A DNA stretch of 64,000 bases from Pelomyxa schiedti. Its lineage: Eukaryota; Protista; Evosea. Positions 34,435 to 48,192 of the stretch are shown here, in pieces. The notes under the pieces were generated by a model. It ran no database searches and had not been told where the DNA came from. It worked only from the letters and a program-made list of their open reading frames with translations. Position numbers and translations under genes: made by a program. The first letter of the stretch is position 1. Every line of letters begins with the position of its first letter. Location: NCBI GenBank assembly GCA_020536535.1, contig JAHLWZ010000424.1, forward strand, positions 73,340 through 137,339, given 5' to 3'.

Positions 34435-34976
34435 TCAAAGGTACATGGTTACATCTGGATTCCAATGAAATTGGTCAACATTTGAGGATGTGACTTGGTG
34501 GCTCTCAATTGGCTTTCCTGTGGAAGTTTCCACCAATTCCGCAACTTGTGCGCCCCAATCATTCAAAGCCTCTATTCAAAAAAAGTGAGTTCAATGTTGT
34601 AGTGAAGATATGTTGTGTACTTCCACTTTTCATGAAATCCACGATTTCTTGGATAGCACTATTCTGCCCAGACAGGGTGAATGTCACCTAAAGAAGTTAT
34701 TTCAGAAACACATTTGTTGCCAAACCCAGTTCTCAGTAATCATATTCTAATGACCTCGTTCTTGTTCTGTGCACTGTTGCTTGCCCCAGCCTTCAGCCCC
34801 CTCTTTCCAGCGCCTCTCAGTAATGTCTTGTTTCTTTCTTTTAGTATTCTGCACTAGTACCCAACAAAAAAACCACCCAACCAAAACAAGGTTTACAGTA
34901 GTAAGTTACTCACTTGTCTGAACATCACTGCTTGTACTTTTCCACACACTGTGAAGTACCTCGTGGTGGTTGACAT
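34435..34976 (-). CDS. Acylphosphatase-like protein (small, multi-exon)
   Basis: MSTTTRYFTVCGKVQAVMFRQ|TLLRGAGKRGLKAGASN retains the catalytic Arg and Asn positions; ends ..HWNPDVTMYL*. Confidence 0.75.
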
Positions 34977-35148
34977 TGGGTTACTGTCAATTGATGGGTT
35001 TTTTCTTTTTCAAAACAGAAACATCTGACAAAAATCGGGAATTTGTTCAAAACGGAAGGGAAAACTTTATTTTGTTTGGAAGAAAGAGTTGCCTGTTCCT
35101 CTTGGGGGTTCTTTGGTGTGTTAGGGAGTCACTGATAGGCGGGGAGAT

Positions 35149-35860
35149 TTAACCTGTGCCAAAGATTTTCTGAATGCTGGAGCGGAGTGCCATTGAGCAC
35201 AAAATGTAGAGAAAGACGGCACTGCAGTCAGTGAAGTCAGAGAATGGTAAACCTCGGTGGGTGATGTTTTTAAGGAATCCAAATGGCACAAAAGGTAATT
35301 TGGCCACAGGTCTTCCCTCGCAGCTGTGTTTGTTGTTACATAATAAAAGAGTATGCTCCGGCGTACAATGAATTCAAAGTGGGCACAATAGTTATCATAG
35401 AAATACCCACGGCTACAAGAGACTTCATTCTACACAGGGAAATATCTCTGTTTGCAGTTTTAAGGTCTTCTTCCAGTGTGTCTATTTTCTTTTTGACAGA
35501 GCGCTTAGACGTGGCCGCGCCTGGTCCTTCCTTCATCTTATCGACTGAAAGAAACAATCCAGCATTAATGCACGAGGTATAAATATACTCATACTTGGTT
35601 ACAAAAGGAAAAGAACACACGTTTTTGTGTGAGCTTCTCTATGTTTTCTTTAAGGTGACGATAATTCTCAGTCCTGTACACGAGAAGCCAAGCCAGTCCT
35701 GAGAAACTGTTACACGTTACAAACCCAAACAAAAATATCCCACAAGGGCAAAAGAGTAGCGAGAAGAATTGAGTCTAAATAAATTACCTTCGGCCACACA
35801 TGCACTCGTAAGTGCAAAGGCGATGACGATGACCACGTCGACAAGGGAAATGCTCACCAT
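35149..35860 (-). CDS. TMCO1: TMCO1 (EMC3/TMCO1, DUF106) ER membrane protein; 3' end approximate
   Basis: CVAEG..LAWLLVYRTENY, KKKIDTLEEDLKTANRDISLCRMKS, TDCSAVFLYILCSMALRSSIQKIFG. Confidence 0.9.
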
Positions 35861-36146
35861 TTGATGAAGAACTTCGGCAGATTAGTAAAAGAAAGAAAAG
35901 AAAAGCCCGGAAGACTTTTTCAGTGCAGGGGTAACTGATGGGATTGAATCTCTTCAGTACCGACTCTGTGAAGCTAATATGTGTACATCTGGAGATTGTG
36001 TGAGGCTTCAGACTCCTAATCTTGAGAAGCAGGTCAACAAGTGGCTCATCGAAAGTCAAAGACAACACGCGTGAAATATTTTCTCGTCTTTTTTTTTAAT
36101 TTTTTTCCTCTTGTTCTCGGCATAACAAGGAAGCAGAGGGACGGTG

Positions 36147-37244
36147 ATGAAGGCCACATTTTTACTTGGTGTGTTGATCAGCCAACTCAACTCAGTTGTG
36201 TGAGATGCTGTTCTAATGCCTCTTTTCTTTCTTCTTCTTTTCCACAACAAAAAACAGCTTTGTGCGTGGTTGCACTGTGTGGAGCTGCTAAGGACAAACA
36301 GTCAAAACCAGAAATCATTATTCGTGGCAACGATGATATCGCCACTGCAATGATTTTCCCTGATCAGCCCGATCAAGGTGGTTTTTTTTTTTTTTTTTTT
36401 TTTTTTCGGAAATGCTGTGCCCCTAACAAATATTATATTAACTCTTACATGTTTAGTTTTCGTTGCCGGTGAGCCTGTAAACTTACTGGTGGGCGTTAGG
36501 AACCTTGGGAAGAATCCCATTACATTACTATCTCTTGCAGCGTCTCTTCATCATCCGTTCAACTTCAAGTACATATTTCAAAATGTATCACCCTCTTTAC
36601 AGTCCTCGAGCCAATGTGTGCTAACTTATCAAAGTACACAAGACAAAATTTTGCTGGCGTCGTTGTGGAACCAGCTGAAGAGGCTTCACTATCCTACTCC
36701 TTCACCCCCGATGCCATGCTTGAAGCTCGTGCTTTCAATCTTTTTGTGGACCTTCGACTCTTTGATGCTGTATGTTGCAATCTATCTTGCTTCTCAACTC
36801 AGTAACAAATCAATACACAAACCTCAAGAAAGCAAACTATAGCGTCACCGTTTATAACACCACTCTTGAAATCGCGGAACCCCCAAGTCTTATGAATTTG
36901 CAGACGTATGACCCTTTTTTTTCTCCTTTCATTTCCAGTGACCATTTGTAGTCTGTTTGTATACCTTGCAGGACTTTCCATTGCCGGCTTGGTTGCCTTT
37001 GTAGGGTACAACATCTTCAAGAAACTCCAACAGGTACCACAACAAACACAAAATCTCCCCACACTCATTCCACTCCACTCCATTTCATTTCTCCCCAATA
37101 AACAAACGAACTGAACACTGTCAATAGGGCACACCCACAAAAGCCGCACACGCCAAGAAACCCACTTCTGCTCGACACGAGTGGCTTTCTGGGACATCAG
37201 CAGCCTCCCACTTCCAAGCACGGAAGAGCACAAAGAAGCATTAA
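36147..37244 (+). CDS. SSR1: Translocon-associated protein alpha (TRAP-alpha)
   Basis: Spliced signal peptide MKATFLLALCVVALCGAA; AGEPVNLLVGVRNLG, ASLHHPFNFKYIFQN|YT, SLSYSFTP; single TM segment and a basic tail with EWLSGT. Confidence 0.9.
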
Positions 37245-37500
37245 CAGATTCTCCTTTGATAAAAAGAAGGAAGCCACTTTTAATTTTGTGCACTGTAATC
37301 CCCCTTGGAAAAAGCCCCTTAATTTTGGGCACATACTATTTTTCATTTCATGTTGGTCACCACCCAGCACTAAGTTTTTTCTTTCAATTCAAATAATCCG
37401 GGGACTGTGAAACTGGGTTCCTGGTGCCAACATGCCAAACGAAAAAAAAAAAAAGTACCGTAGATCCGTTTCCGGTACCATCATTTTTTTTATTTTTTTT

Positions 37501-40500
37501 ATGATGGATACAGACAAGAGACACGGCCACCATAGACACAAACACGGAGATGAAGGTGCGACAACAACGACTGCTACAGCAAAGGAAACAAGGGCCCACG
37601 GTGCATCCAGTGAGGAAAACGACGACCAGCGCGATCTGACACTACAAGTTCAAACGGACGCTGCTGAACGGCACTCGAGAAAAACACACCATCACCGCCA
37701 CGGGCACGAACATGGCAGTCACGGCGATTCAGCGGAGGGCAAAGTGTCCACCACCGCTGCTGCACAAGCGGAAATTTCAATCACTACAACGGCTACAACC
37801 ACCACTACTACAACCACAACTAGTAGTAAAAACAGTGACACCGCAGCAGTCACTAGTACCCAACCCAGTGGCACTAACAGCGCTGCAATTGTTGTTAGTA
37901 ATGAGGCGGAGAAGCCTTCGCCTGCACGCAAGCATCATCACCACCCTCACAGAAATGACGAGGATGAACAGTATGCGCCTGTTGATCCTGGCTCGAAATC
38001 CAGTGCTGCTCCTACAAAGGAGGCCACTGGCACCCCATCTACACCCAAGTCATTGGTGGAACCATCCACGAAGCCTACTTCCCTGACTGCCTCTACCACC
38101 CCTGTTCTTGTGACTCCTGTACCTACGACTTCTGCTTCTCCACAGGTTTATCCTTGTGCATTGCGTACTTCATAACCTCAAGTGCCACAGATTTCCGCAG
38201 ACACTAAAAAGCCCAAGAAGAAATCTCGTCTCTTTGGGCTCTCTAGAAAGAGTGAGAAGCGAGAATCAACTAAGTCTAGTAGTTCGAAACCTCCTACTGG
38301 AGGTGCATCTCCTGACATCATCATGCCGGCCCAGAACAACCTCCCCGTTCGGGTTTTATCCGAGGCGGCCTTTAGATTGTTGTGTGTTGCTGTAGGGTGT
38401 TCCTTTCCAGAGTATGTCACATGTCCTCATTGCATGCACTCAATTCTTCTCTAGAACTGCTGCTCATCATCCCTCACGTGAGAAGCGTGAAAGTGCCGGG
38501 TCTTCGAGGAGAAAAAGCAGATCAAAAATTTCCTCAGCTGCGGAGGTAATCTAATTTTTACATATCACGCAAAGCTTTTAATTTTCGCTTCACAGTTATT
38601 ACAGCCTGATTCTGGTCTGCAAGGAAACTCGGGAGAAACTATAGGGAGGGGTGCGTCTACTGATGTAACTCAAGATGATCCAACAACCACAAATACATCT
38701 GAGAATGAAACCACCACTGACATATATGGTGCGAAAACTTACCAAACTGGAATGCTGTAAAACATTAATTTGGACTTATATAGAGGGGTCTGATGAAGAC
38801 GAAGAAGAAGCTGAGAAAGCCCTTGAGGAGTCTATCAGTGGTGCCTTCAATTTTGAGGATTCACAGCAGCCTCTAACTTCTGCAGTATCTCATCCTCTTA
38901 TTTTTCCTTCTGTTTGTGAACAACTCTAGGCTGGAAGTGTACTCTCGACTAGTGATATTGCAAAAGAGCAACAAAAAATAATAACCGATGTTGCTGAAAT
39001 TCTTAATATTGATAAGGCTCTTGCAACTACTCTCCTGAAACATTTTCATTGGAGACAAGAACGCCTTCTGCCTGCTTATATCGAAAATGCCTCCAAAGTA
39101 TTTTTAGTTTGTATTTATAGTGAAATATTCACAAGATTTGTCAAGGTGTGCCAACAAGCTGGCGCTTTGCATCCAAATGACTCCAACAAACCTCGCCACA
39201 CAGGCAGTGGTGGTAGTTTCTGCCTTATTTGTGCATCAGATGCCATTCCACCCGATGATGGTTCCTGTCTTTCTCTTGCTTGTGGCCATGTGTATGCAGG
39301 CCTTCATCCTTTGTTTTTTTTTTTTTTTTAAGCCCTTGTCAATATAGGTTTTGCAGTGAGTGTTGGGACGAATTCCTCTCCCTCAAAATAAAAGAAGGTG
39401 TATGCTCCATAACATGGTTTGAGTTCTTCCTACTCTTATTTTTTCCTCTGACCGTTATGTAATCAGTCCGTCTCATCAATGCAAGGTCATTGTTGGGCAA
39501 GAATTTATCCAAAAACGAGTTTCTCCAGAAACTTTTGAGAAATTTGTGCGGTTTCTCACTCACTCTTATGTTGCGGATAATCCAGAGGTATGAATACAAT
39601 TTTTACTTACTCTATTTTACCTGTTTCAATAGGTAAAGTGGTGTCCTGCTCCAGGCTGCAACAATGCCCTTACTGTAGATAACTGTGTCCATGGAATTGG
39701 GATTTGCACGTGCGGGTTCAAAATGTGGTAAGTTTGTGGGAATGTTACCTGTTCTTTGTCACCTTCCCACTTGTAAACAGTTGGGAGTGTCTTGATGAAG
39801 CCCATCCACCAGCTAGCTGTGAACAGGTACAAATCATATTTGATTTGGGTGACCAATGTATTTGCACAGGTAAAAAATTGGAAAAAGAAATGCTTGGATG
39901 ATTCAGAGACCCAGCATTGGATCATGGCCAATACTCAAACATGTACTTGAGGTAGTAAATTAATCAATGTCTGAGGAAATTGATTAGGTCCAAAATGTAA
40001 ATCACAAATTGAGAAAAATGGAGGTTGTCCTATATCCTCTCCAACTAAGTTAAGGCTCCAACAGGCTGCAACCATATGATATGCCGACAATGTAAATATG
40101 AGTTCTGTTGGGTTTGTTTGGGGGACTGGAAGGTATGGCTCCTGCAAGTTCAATAACTCAACTCACAGTCGAGTAGGGCCATAACAACTTCTATTCATGC
40201 AACAGGTTTGAAACGAAAAAGAAATCTTCCAAGAAGAAGAATCAAAAACAGAGAGAACAAGAACTATTGGAATCAAAAGTCGCCCTTGAAAAGTGGGAAT
40301 CTCATTTTCTTCTTTCACATCCCAACTTCATAGACCAGATACTTACACTACTACCATCGTTATGTTAACCACGAACGCTCTCGCACGTTTGAAACACAAA
40401 TTCGAGAACGTGCGACAAATACAATGCAAGAACTGAGGAAAACCGATGACAAATACCATGATGTACGATACATACAAGAGGCCACTACAGTCTTACTGGA

Positions 40501-40945
40501 TGTATTTCCCCTTGCACCAACTAACTGTTTGTGTGTTAACATGCACCTTTGCAGTGTCGGGCTGTGCTTAAAAATTCATATGTGCTTGTATATTATCTTC
40601 CAGATGGCACAGGTAGGAAGCTATTTGAGCTTCTCCAGGTTCGTCTTTCCCATAGACAACATTTTCCAAAACTTAAACTTTTGACAGTCCGACCTTGAGA
40701 AAACAACAGAAATGCTGAGCGAGAAACTCGAGCTACCAACAGAACGCATCAACCGTGTGGAAATAAAGAATTTGAGTGACCTATGTGCCCTAAGGGTTAA
40801 AAACATGCTCGATGCGGTTCAAGACAACGAATTACTGCGGAATGCCGGCGCAATACCCTCCTCGGCCTTAGCCACAACCTCTTTGACTACTTCCACATCA
40901 GCACTATCATCCACACTACCACCCTTTGACACCTCTGGCAACTAA
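37501..40945 (+). CDS. ARI: Ariadne-family RBR E3 ubiquitin ligase with long low-complexity N-terminus
   Basis: Acidic region; RING1 CLIC..ACGHVFCSECW; [33 protein letters not shown]; RING2 [22 protein letters not shown]; Ariadne domain. Confidence 0.93.
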
Positions 40946-41104
40946 TGTCAATGTCTCTTCTGCCCTTACCACCCAATGTATTTTTCACGTGAACCTCTTC
41001 TAAGAATAGAGACAAAAGAATACCATCATTTTGAGGTTGTTTTTTTTATGTTTCTGTAGGAAAACAAAACTTTGAATTCCTTCTGTGGGGCGTTGCCGGC
41101 TTAA

Positions 41105-43032
41105 TTAAAGTTCCCCATGGTGGTACAACTTCCAAGCCTTGAGGGCAGAATCTGAGGGTGAAAGTGAGCACATAACTTTGAAAGCAACTGCTACTTACCA
41201 CCAGGTGTGGGCTCCCATTGTTGCACGGCTTCTATCCAAGTTTTGGGAATCTGCCCAGCCCCGTATATGGCTCCTGCAATCTGGCCAGTGATATCACACC
41301 TTGCGATTTTGGTTGAGGACTGTTCACAGAGGCAAATGGTGGAAGTGGAAATGCACTTACACAGTGTCTGAGTCACCACAGGTATTGGCTGCCTTGATCA
41401 ACGCCGAGGGGAAATCGGGGGTAGTCCACACGCAATGGAGTGCCATTGACTTGGATGGGATGATACCAGTCAGGGTTGGTTTTTTGTTTGTTTTATTTGT
41501 TTGTTTAGTTGGTTGGGGTGTTTTAATACCAGTGCATCCATTGCGTAGCTACATGACGAAATTAATGCTAAGCTAATAAGGAAGTACATACGATCCAATA
41601 TAGCCTGGGTCTTCCCTTGCCCTGTTTGCTGACCACCTGAGAAGTTGCAATGAGTAAGTACATTTTTTTGTTTGAAAGTTGGTTGCACCTGAAATTGGGG
41701 TCTTTCCAATTCCAGTTCCTGTCTTCAAGTTTTAATTTTTGATTGGAGGGATTTGCTTCTTCAGCAACACTGTTGGCAAGGCACTGAACACTGTAACAAA
41801 GTGGCGGTGCGAAATGAGCCATATCGATTCCACTCAAGGCTTCTTCTTTGGTTGCAGGGGTTGTTACAGCGCGTCCAATAATGTAGCTGAGGACTCGGCA
41901 GCAATCAGCAGCTTCGTCACCCTTACAGAATAAAGTCATTTACAAGATGCTTTTTGGGTAGTGGACCTGGTGTGTGGTTTTACTCTGTTTATATGAAAAG
42001 TCGAGAAGCTTTGCAAGTTCGTGGCAATAGTAAAGTGCCACTGGGGCATTGCGCATCAGCGAACCATTGCCGGAGGTTTCTCTATCCCCAGCGCTGTGGT
42101 TAAATGAATAAATATTAAAGAATTTTGAGGTATCTACATACGTTGTGTACTCTGTCTTACTTTTCAGAAATTCAGTGAAGGAGGAGGAAATATTCCCACC
42201 CAATCCAACAGACCCTTTTGGAACATAAGTATGAATCATGAACGCGAAAAGGAACCTCTTCCAATGAGTTGTTGATTATCCCGAGTTCTAACCACCTTGG
42301 AGAAAGCATTGTTGTAGCCAAAACTCCACCAATTTTGAAATCTCAAACGCAAGTCTTGTCTGTACAATATAAGCTGCAAAGCACAAAGAAGAAGGAGTGA
42401 CAACACGGATTGAAGCCACGGCAACAAAGAAGCGAATCTGCCAGGCATAGACCTTTTGCATTAAGATTACAAAAAAAGAAGCCACATAAATTGATTGTGG
42501 TACCCATGCTTGCATCGTCAGTCCACTGCCCAGGGCTTAAGCCAAAGCGAGTGCCTTGCCTGATACAAAAGGGTAGTTTCCTAAAATGAAGGGAGGAAGA
42601 TTACCATATGTGTCGGTCTTCAAATCCTCTCAATTCTATAACATTGTAGCGAACGCGAGAAAATTCCAAGGGGGCACCCAGGGCATCTCCAATCATCATC
42701 CCCAACATGGACGCCACTGCTCGTGAAGCGTTTTCTTCTCCAGTCCATTCGTTATTCAACAGCCTTTCTGAGACAAAAATAAATCATCACCAGCTTGAGC
42801 ACGAACACCAAAGAGGATGGCACCAAAAAAAAAAAAAAAAAAAAAAACACCACCCACTCTGGACCGCAGCGCGATCGGGATCGTCGGGCCTCAAAATTGA
42901 GAATCCACTCAGGGCAGAGGACGTCCAAGTATCGTCCCTGTCGATGTCAACACCCTCGGGGAACCGAAATGCAACTGCGGCCTCTTCGGCCGTCATGGGT
43001 GTCTTGGTCCCCTGGCTCTGTGAGTTACCCAT
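41105..43032 (-). CDS. ADP-ribosylglycohydrolase (ARH/DraG family), probably N-myristoylated
   Basis: MGNSQS start; MLGMMIGDALGAPLEF, GQWTDDASM, SGNGSLMRNAPVA, AANTCGDSDTVSAITGQIAGAIYG. Confidence 0.92.
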
Positions 43033-43347
43033 CAAGCCTTTGTTTTTCTTTCGGGTTTGAAACAGTTCGCCAAACAGAAAACAACCCCTTGAGCCCAGAA
43101 AGGCTAACGGAAAACCCCAGCTTGAATCACCTAAGTAGGGCCACCTGATACATACACATTGGAAGACACTGTCCTCGAGAGTCACTGCTACGTACAGGAG
43201 GTTGGGTTCCGGGAAGGCGAAGAGGTCTCACTGGAGTGTTTCTCGGATCTTTGTGTTGGAAAAAAATAAAACAAAAACCTACAGCGAGCATACCGTGTCG
43301 CACAACCGGAAACACAACACCCAACACATAAACAAAAACACTCATAA

Positions 43348-44306
43348 ATGGAAGAGCGCGATGAATCCGTTTACATGGCCAAACTAGCTGAGCAGGCCGA
43401 GAGATACGATGGTATTGCGTTTTTTTTTTCCCGCCTTTTTTCGCGGTTTAACGCGGGGCGTCCAGAAATGGTAGACGCTATGAAGAAAGTTGCCAGTTTG
43501 GATACTGAGCTTACCGGTAAACAAACTCCCTCTTTAGATGTGAAACTAACGGAACCAGTCGAAGAAAGGAATTTGCTATCTGTAGCCTACAAGAACGTTG
43601 TTGGATCACGGAGGGCATCGTGGAGAGTGATATCTTCCATCGAGCAAAAAGAGAGTGGCAAGCCAAACAACGAAGCACACACAAACTTTGTCAGAGATTA
43701 CCGCTCAAAGGTTGAGGCCGAACTGACCAGAATTTGCAAAGACATATTGACTGTCTTGGACACCCACTTGATTCCTTCCGCTGGTTCGTCTGAAAGCAAA
43801 GTATTCTATTACAAAATGTATCTAGCCCTCTCCTATTTCTATCTTACCAGTCCAACTCATTTGATCTAGGAAAGGAGACTACCACAGATACCTTGCTGAA
43901 TTTGCTCTTGGTCCGGCTCGTAAGGAATCCGCTGATGATTCACTTGTTGCATACCGTTCAGCAAGTGATATTGCATCACAAGACTTGGCTCCCACCCACC
44001 CAATTCGTCTTGGTCTTGCTCTGAACTTCAGTGTGTTCTATTACGAAATCCTCAGCTCACCGGAGCGTGCATGCCAACTGGCAAAGAAAGCCTTTGACGA
44101 TGCAATCGCGGAGTTGGATACAATTCAGTATGCCTTGTGAACCCTGTCAACCCCCATCTGACTTTTTTTTCAGTGAGGACACTTACAAAGACAGCACATT
44201 GATTATGCAACTGCTTAGGGATAACCTGACCTTGTGGACATCAGATATCCAGAACGGGGAATCTGATGGGGTCAGGCCGGCTGAGGAAGGTGTGGGGGGC
44301 CAGTGA
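43348..44306 (+). CDS. 14-3-3: 14-3-3 protein
   Basis: [81 protein letters not shown]. Confidence 0.99.
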
Positions 44307-44507
44307 CCGTCCCCACATCCGGGCACATAAAATGGTTTGGGAGACAGAGAGGCAATGGTGGTACACTGAGAGGCCCCAAAAGCCTCAAAACCACTTTGCC
44401 AATCAACTCCACCATTTTTGTTTAAATAAAGGGATGCACCGTCCTTATTTCAAATTTCTTAGAAGAGTTTGTTGATTTCTACAATCAAAACACAACGACC
44501 GAATTCA

Positions 44508-46439
44508 ATGGCAACAAACAACCCACAACTGGTTTTAGAACAACACAGTGCGATACATATTCCTACATGTGTAACATCCCACATTCAAGCAAACAACCCA
44601 AAAAACCGCGCAAAACACAACACCAACGAAAGTAACAAAACCCCATTCGGTGGTGGATATTATATAAAAGATTCTCAGCAGCACGCACGAAACCAAATGA
44701 TGTTGAAGGCCCTTTCTCAGTTGGAGGCTGGAAACACTGAGGCCGCCATTGGCCTTGTTTCAGATGCTGTAAAACATTTTGAGAGCTGTCGCTACACCTG
44801 CACTGGTTTGAAATTTTCACCTCACACTATTGATGTTTTTTTTTTCCCTCTGTTTTAGCCACTAACTAAATAAACAGGAAAACAAACAGGTGGATCACAT
44901 GAACCAGTGCAAGTAGAAGCAGAATTGTGTTACCTCCCTGGGCTGCTCTTTCTTTATGGTGCGGCTCTCCTTACAAATGATCATGTTACACTGTTCCGGC
45001 TGCTTCCTACAAACCTGTCAAGTTCATTCTCCCGTGGCATTTCCTCTGCTACAGCCGACCTTATGGTCTATTGCAAGGCTGTGTTGTTGTCATCCAAGAG
45101 TGTTGCACCGCAGCCAACACATCACGAACAAAACGGGGCTGATGAGGGGACTACTATTGTAAGCATTTCAGAGGAGTGGGATTCCCTTGTTGCGGCAGCA
45201 TCATGCACTTATGGTGTGGACTTGGCTAGCGACTCACAATCTAGGATGCCACAAGGAGGGGAGCATCACAGTGACCCTCAACAAGAAGAACGGCCCCAAC
45301 GATCGTGGTCACGCATGCTTTTCGTGGCTTTGTGGAAAACTTTCTGTTTGGACAAGATTTCGTGTATGCCCACTTGGATGGAACTTTCAGATAGTTGCCC
45401 TCCGGGAACCCTCCTGCGTTCTTCATGTCTGTCACTCCTTGGTGCACTTTACGTACAAGAGGGGTTGGATAAGGATCCCAACAAAGCCTTCCAGCTCTTC
45501 CAGAGGGCAACTGATGCTGGAGATGCCAGAGGAATGTTCAACTTGGGGTTGTGTTACGGTAATGGCACTGGCGTTGACAAGGACCTCACCCAGGCCATCC
45601 AACTTTGGAGGAGGTCTGCAGATGCTGGAAATACAAGAGCAATGCTGAAGCTTGCTGTGTGCTACCGGCATGGCTGGGGTGTCTGTAGGGACTCCAAACA
45701 GTCTATCTTCTTCTTGCAGAGAGCTGCTGATGGTGGTGATGCCAGTGCACAGGGCAACCTTGGTGTGTGTTACAAAAACGGCGAAGGCGTGGACTGCGAT
45801 ATCAAACGGGCTGTATCCCTTTGGACGATGGCCTCTGATTCTGGCAATGCCACTGCAATGAATAACCTTGGTGTATGTTACAAAACTGCAAATGGTGTTG
45901 ATGAGGACGTCAAACGGGGTGTGTCCCTTTACATGAGGGCTGCTGCTGCCGGAAGTTCTGAAGGAATGTATAACCTCGCAGTCTGTTACCAAACTGGTGA
46001 TGGTGTTGACACAGATATAAATCAGGCCATATCATTGTTCAGTAAGGCTGCTGATGCCGGTGATTCCGACGCCATGGTGGAGCTTGGCATGTGCTACTAC
46101 AATGGAACCGGCGTCGACATAAACCTGCGCCGGGCCGTGTCACTCTTCCAGCAGGCTACTGATGCCGGCCATTCCGAGGCAATGTTCAACCTTGGTACGT
46201 GTTATGAGAATGGGTCTGGTGTTGACAAGGACACCGCCCGGGCCGTGTCCCTCTACTGGAGTGCAACCGACTCCGGCTGTGAGGATGCAATGGCGGCCCT
46301 TGGCATGTGTTTCCAGAAGGGCCGTGGTGTCACCAAGGACATCAGAATGGCAGTGGCGCTCTACAGGCTAGCGGCAGCAGGTGAACATGCAGTAGCCCAT
46401 AAGAGACTCAACATCCTGCTGATATCGTGCATCGAATGA
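44508..46439 (+). CDS. Sel1-like repeat protein
   Basis: About 10 tandem 36-aa repeats (AMFNLGxCYxNGxGVDKDxxxAVxLxxxAADAG) behind a non-repetitive N-terminus. Confidence 0.92.
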
Positions 46440-46696
46440 CAGAAGTTCTACCACAAAACATTGTGGTGTGCACACCGCAATGTTGATTGAGAAGAAATCT
46501 CGTTTTTGAAAATCCCTCGAAATCTACGTGCCTTACAGGAAGCCGGCTTCGGTTCTCTTGAGAGCGAGGAAAAAAGTCACAGGAAAAGGCACAGAAACAA
46601 AGGAAAAAGGGGGTGTTGTGAGTGAGAGGAATGAAGGTCGAGGATTCTCAGTCGATGAGACGGCCAAAGTGCGTGACTAAGGTGCAGAAGACGATA

Positions 46697-47768
46697 ATGC
46701 CTGCCGCTGGTGAATTCGTGGGAACCTTTGGACTGGTTTTTTTTGGTGTGTTGGTTGTGTAGTATGTTGAGTGGTGTTATTATGGGTTTTTCCCCAATTT
46801 AAAACAAAAAACCCTCAAGTGCGTTTCTTATAGCGAATTTGGGGAATAGGGTGTGGGACTGTATGCATAGAGGCTGAAAATGTGTGGGGCAGCTTTGTGT
46901 CAACACTGGCTTTTGTTGGTATCATCTTTGCACAGATAGTGTGCTTTGACACTGTGAGTGGTTCGCACTTCAACCCGGCGGTAACACTTGCTTTTGTGAT
47001 GATGCGAGAGGTTTCTGTTCAGCTTTGTCATTGAAATGCACCAACTGGCCTCAATTGCAGATAAGTATCTTGTCGGCAATAGGTTATGTTGTTGCGCAAC
47101 TACTTGGAGCTATTTCTGGTGCCTATATGGTCAAGTGGCTTGTTCCTGGTGCTGTGCGTTCTTTCGCCATCTTATGTTTAGTTTTTATTGTTTTCCAACT
47201 TCATTAGATGAAATACCTCCTTGGATGCACTGTAAATAATACAACACTGCCAATGTGTTTTGTAGTGGAGACTATCATTACCTCAGTGCTTATCTTGGTC
47301 ATCCTCACAACCTCTTTTCACTACTCCAAAACTCCCAGGAATCATACCCTTAACCCAATCGCTATCTATTTCCTTCTGATTGCACTTGTACGCTTTTCTA
47401 CATCAACTCTGGCCACCAAATTTCACCAAAGAGATAGGTTTTTGCATACGGACCAATCTCTGGTGCCTCCATGAATCCAGCTAGGTCACTTGGCCCAGCC
47501 ATTGCAGCTAACTACTGGGATGACCAGTACATGTGTGTGTGTACTTCACAACACAAAAAACAATAAGCAGCACATCCCCTAGCATAGCCCAAAATGTGAG
47601 AACACCAACTCGAATGCTTGCAAATTCATGTCACCCTCCTCCTTTACTGATTGCTGTCACTATATCTCTCGTCGCCGTGATGCCTATCACAGATACTGCA
47701 CTGCCCCATTTGTTGGATCCATTCTTGGATTTCTTGTATTCAAGGCTGTCAATATACATTTGCAATGA
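46697..47768 (+). CDS. Aquaporin/MIP channel
   Basis: [56 protein letters not shown]; last exon [13 protein letters not shown]. Both NPA motifs are intact. Confidence 0.93.
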
Positions 47769-48192
47769 ACCATGCCAAAACGCCAAGCGAAATAAAGGCA
47801 ACATTTTTGTTAAATCTTTGTTATGTAAGGTGGTTATCTTATGCACATACACCCCTTTTGTTCCTAATTCCTACAAACTTGGTAGTCATCCATCTGCAAA
47901 ACAATTCAGAAGTCAGGAAAAATATGCTGAGAAAGATATCCATGGATACCATCGACAAGCAGTTACTGAACGTGAGTAGGCTGGAGAAGTGTTGTTCTAC
48001 CAAACCACAAATAAGGTTCATGTCACTCAGAGTACGTGGTCCATCAACTACGCTGTTGGCGGATATCCCCCAGTTTAACACCTCAGTTCCACAGAAGTAG
48101 AGTATGGGTATGTTTCCTTCTTATTGGGAAATAATGAGGATTTACCAACACTTGACCGGCGTGAATCCTTTTTTTTGTACTTTATAAGAAGA

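Noticed and set aside
20429-43032. Metallophosphoesterase, Nudix and ARH as an ADP-ribose metabolism cluster
   Set aside because: They are separated by many unrelated housekeeping genes over more than 20 kb, with no shared orientation or motif.
47770-48190. Short ORFs between the aquaporin and U2
   Set aside because: No recognisable motifs or consistent splice pattern.
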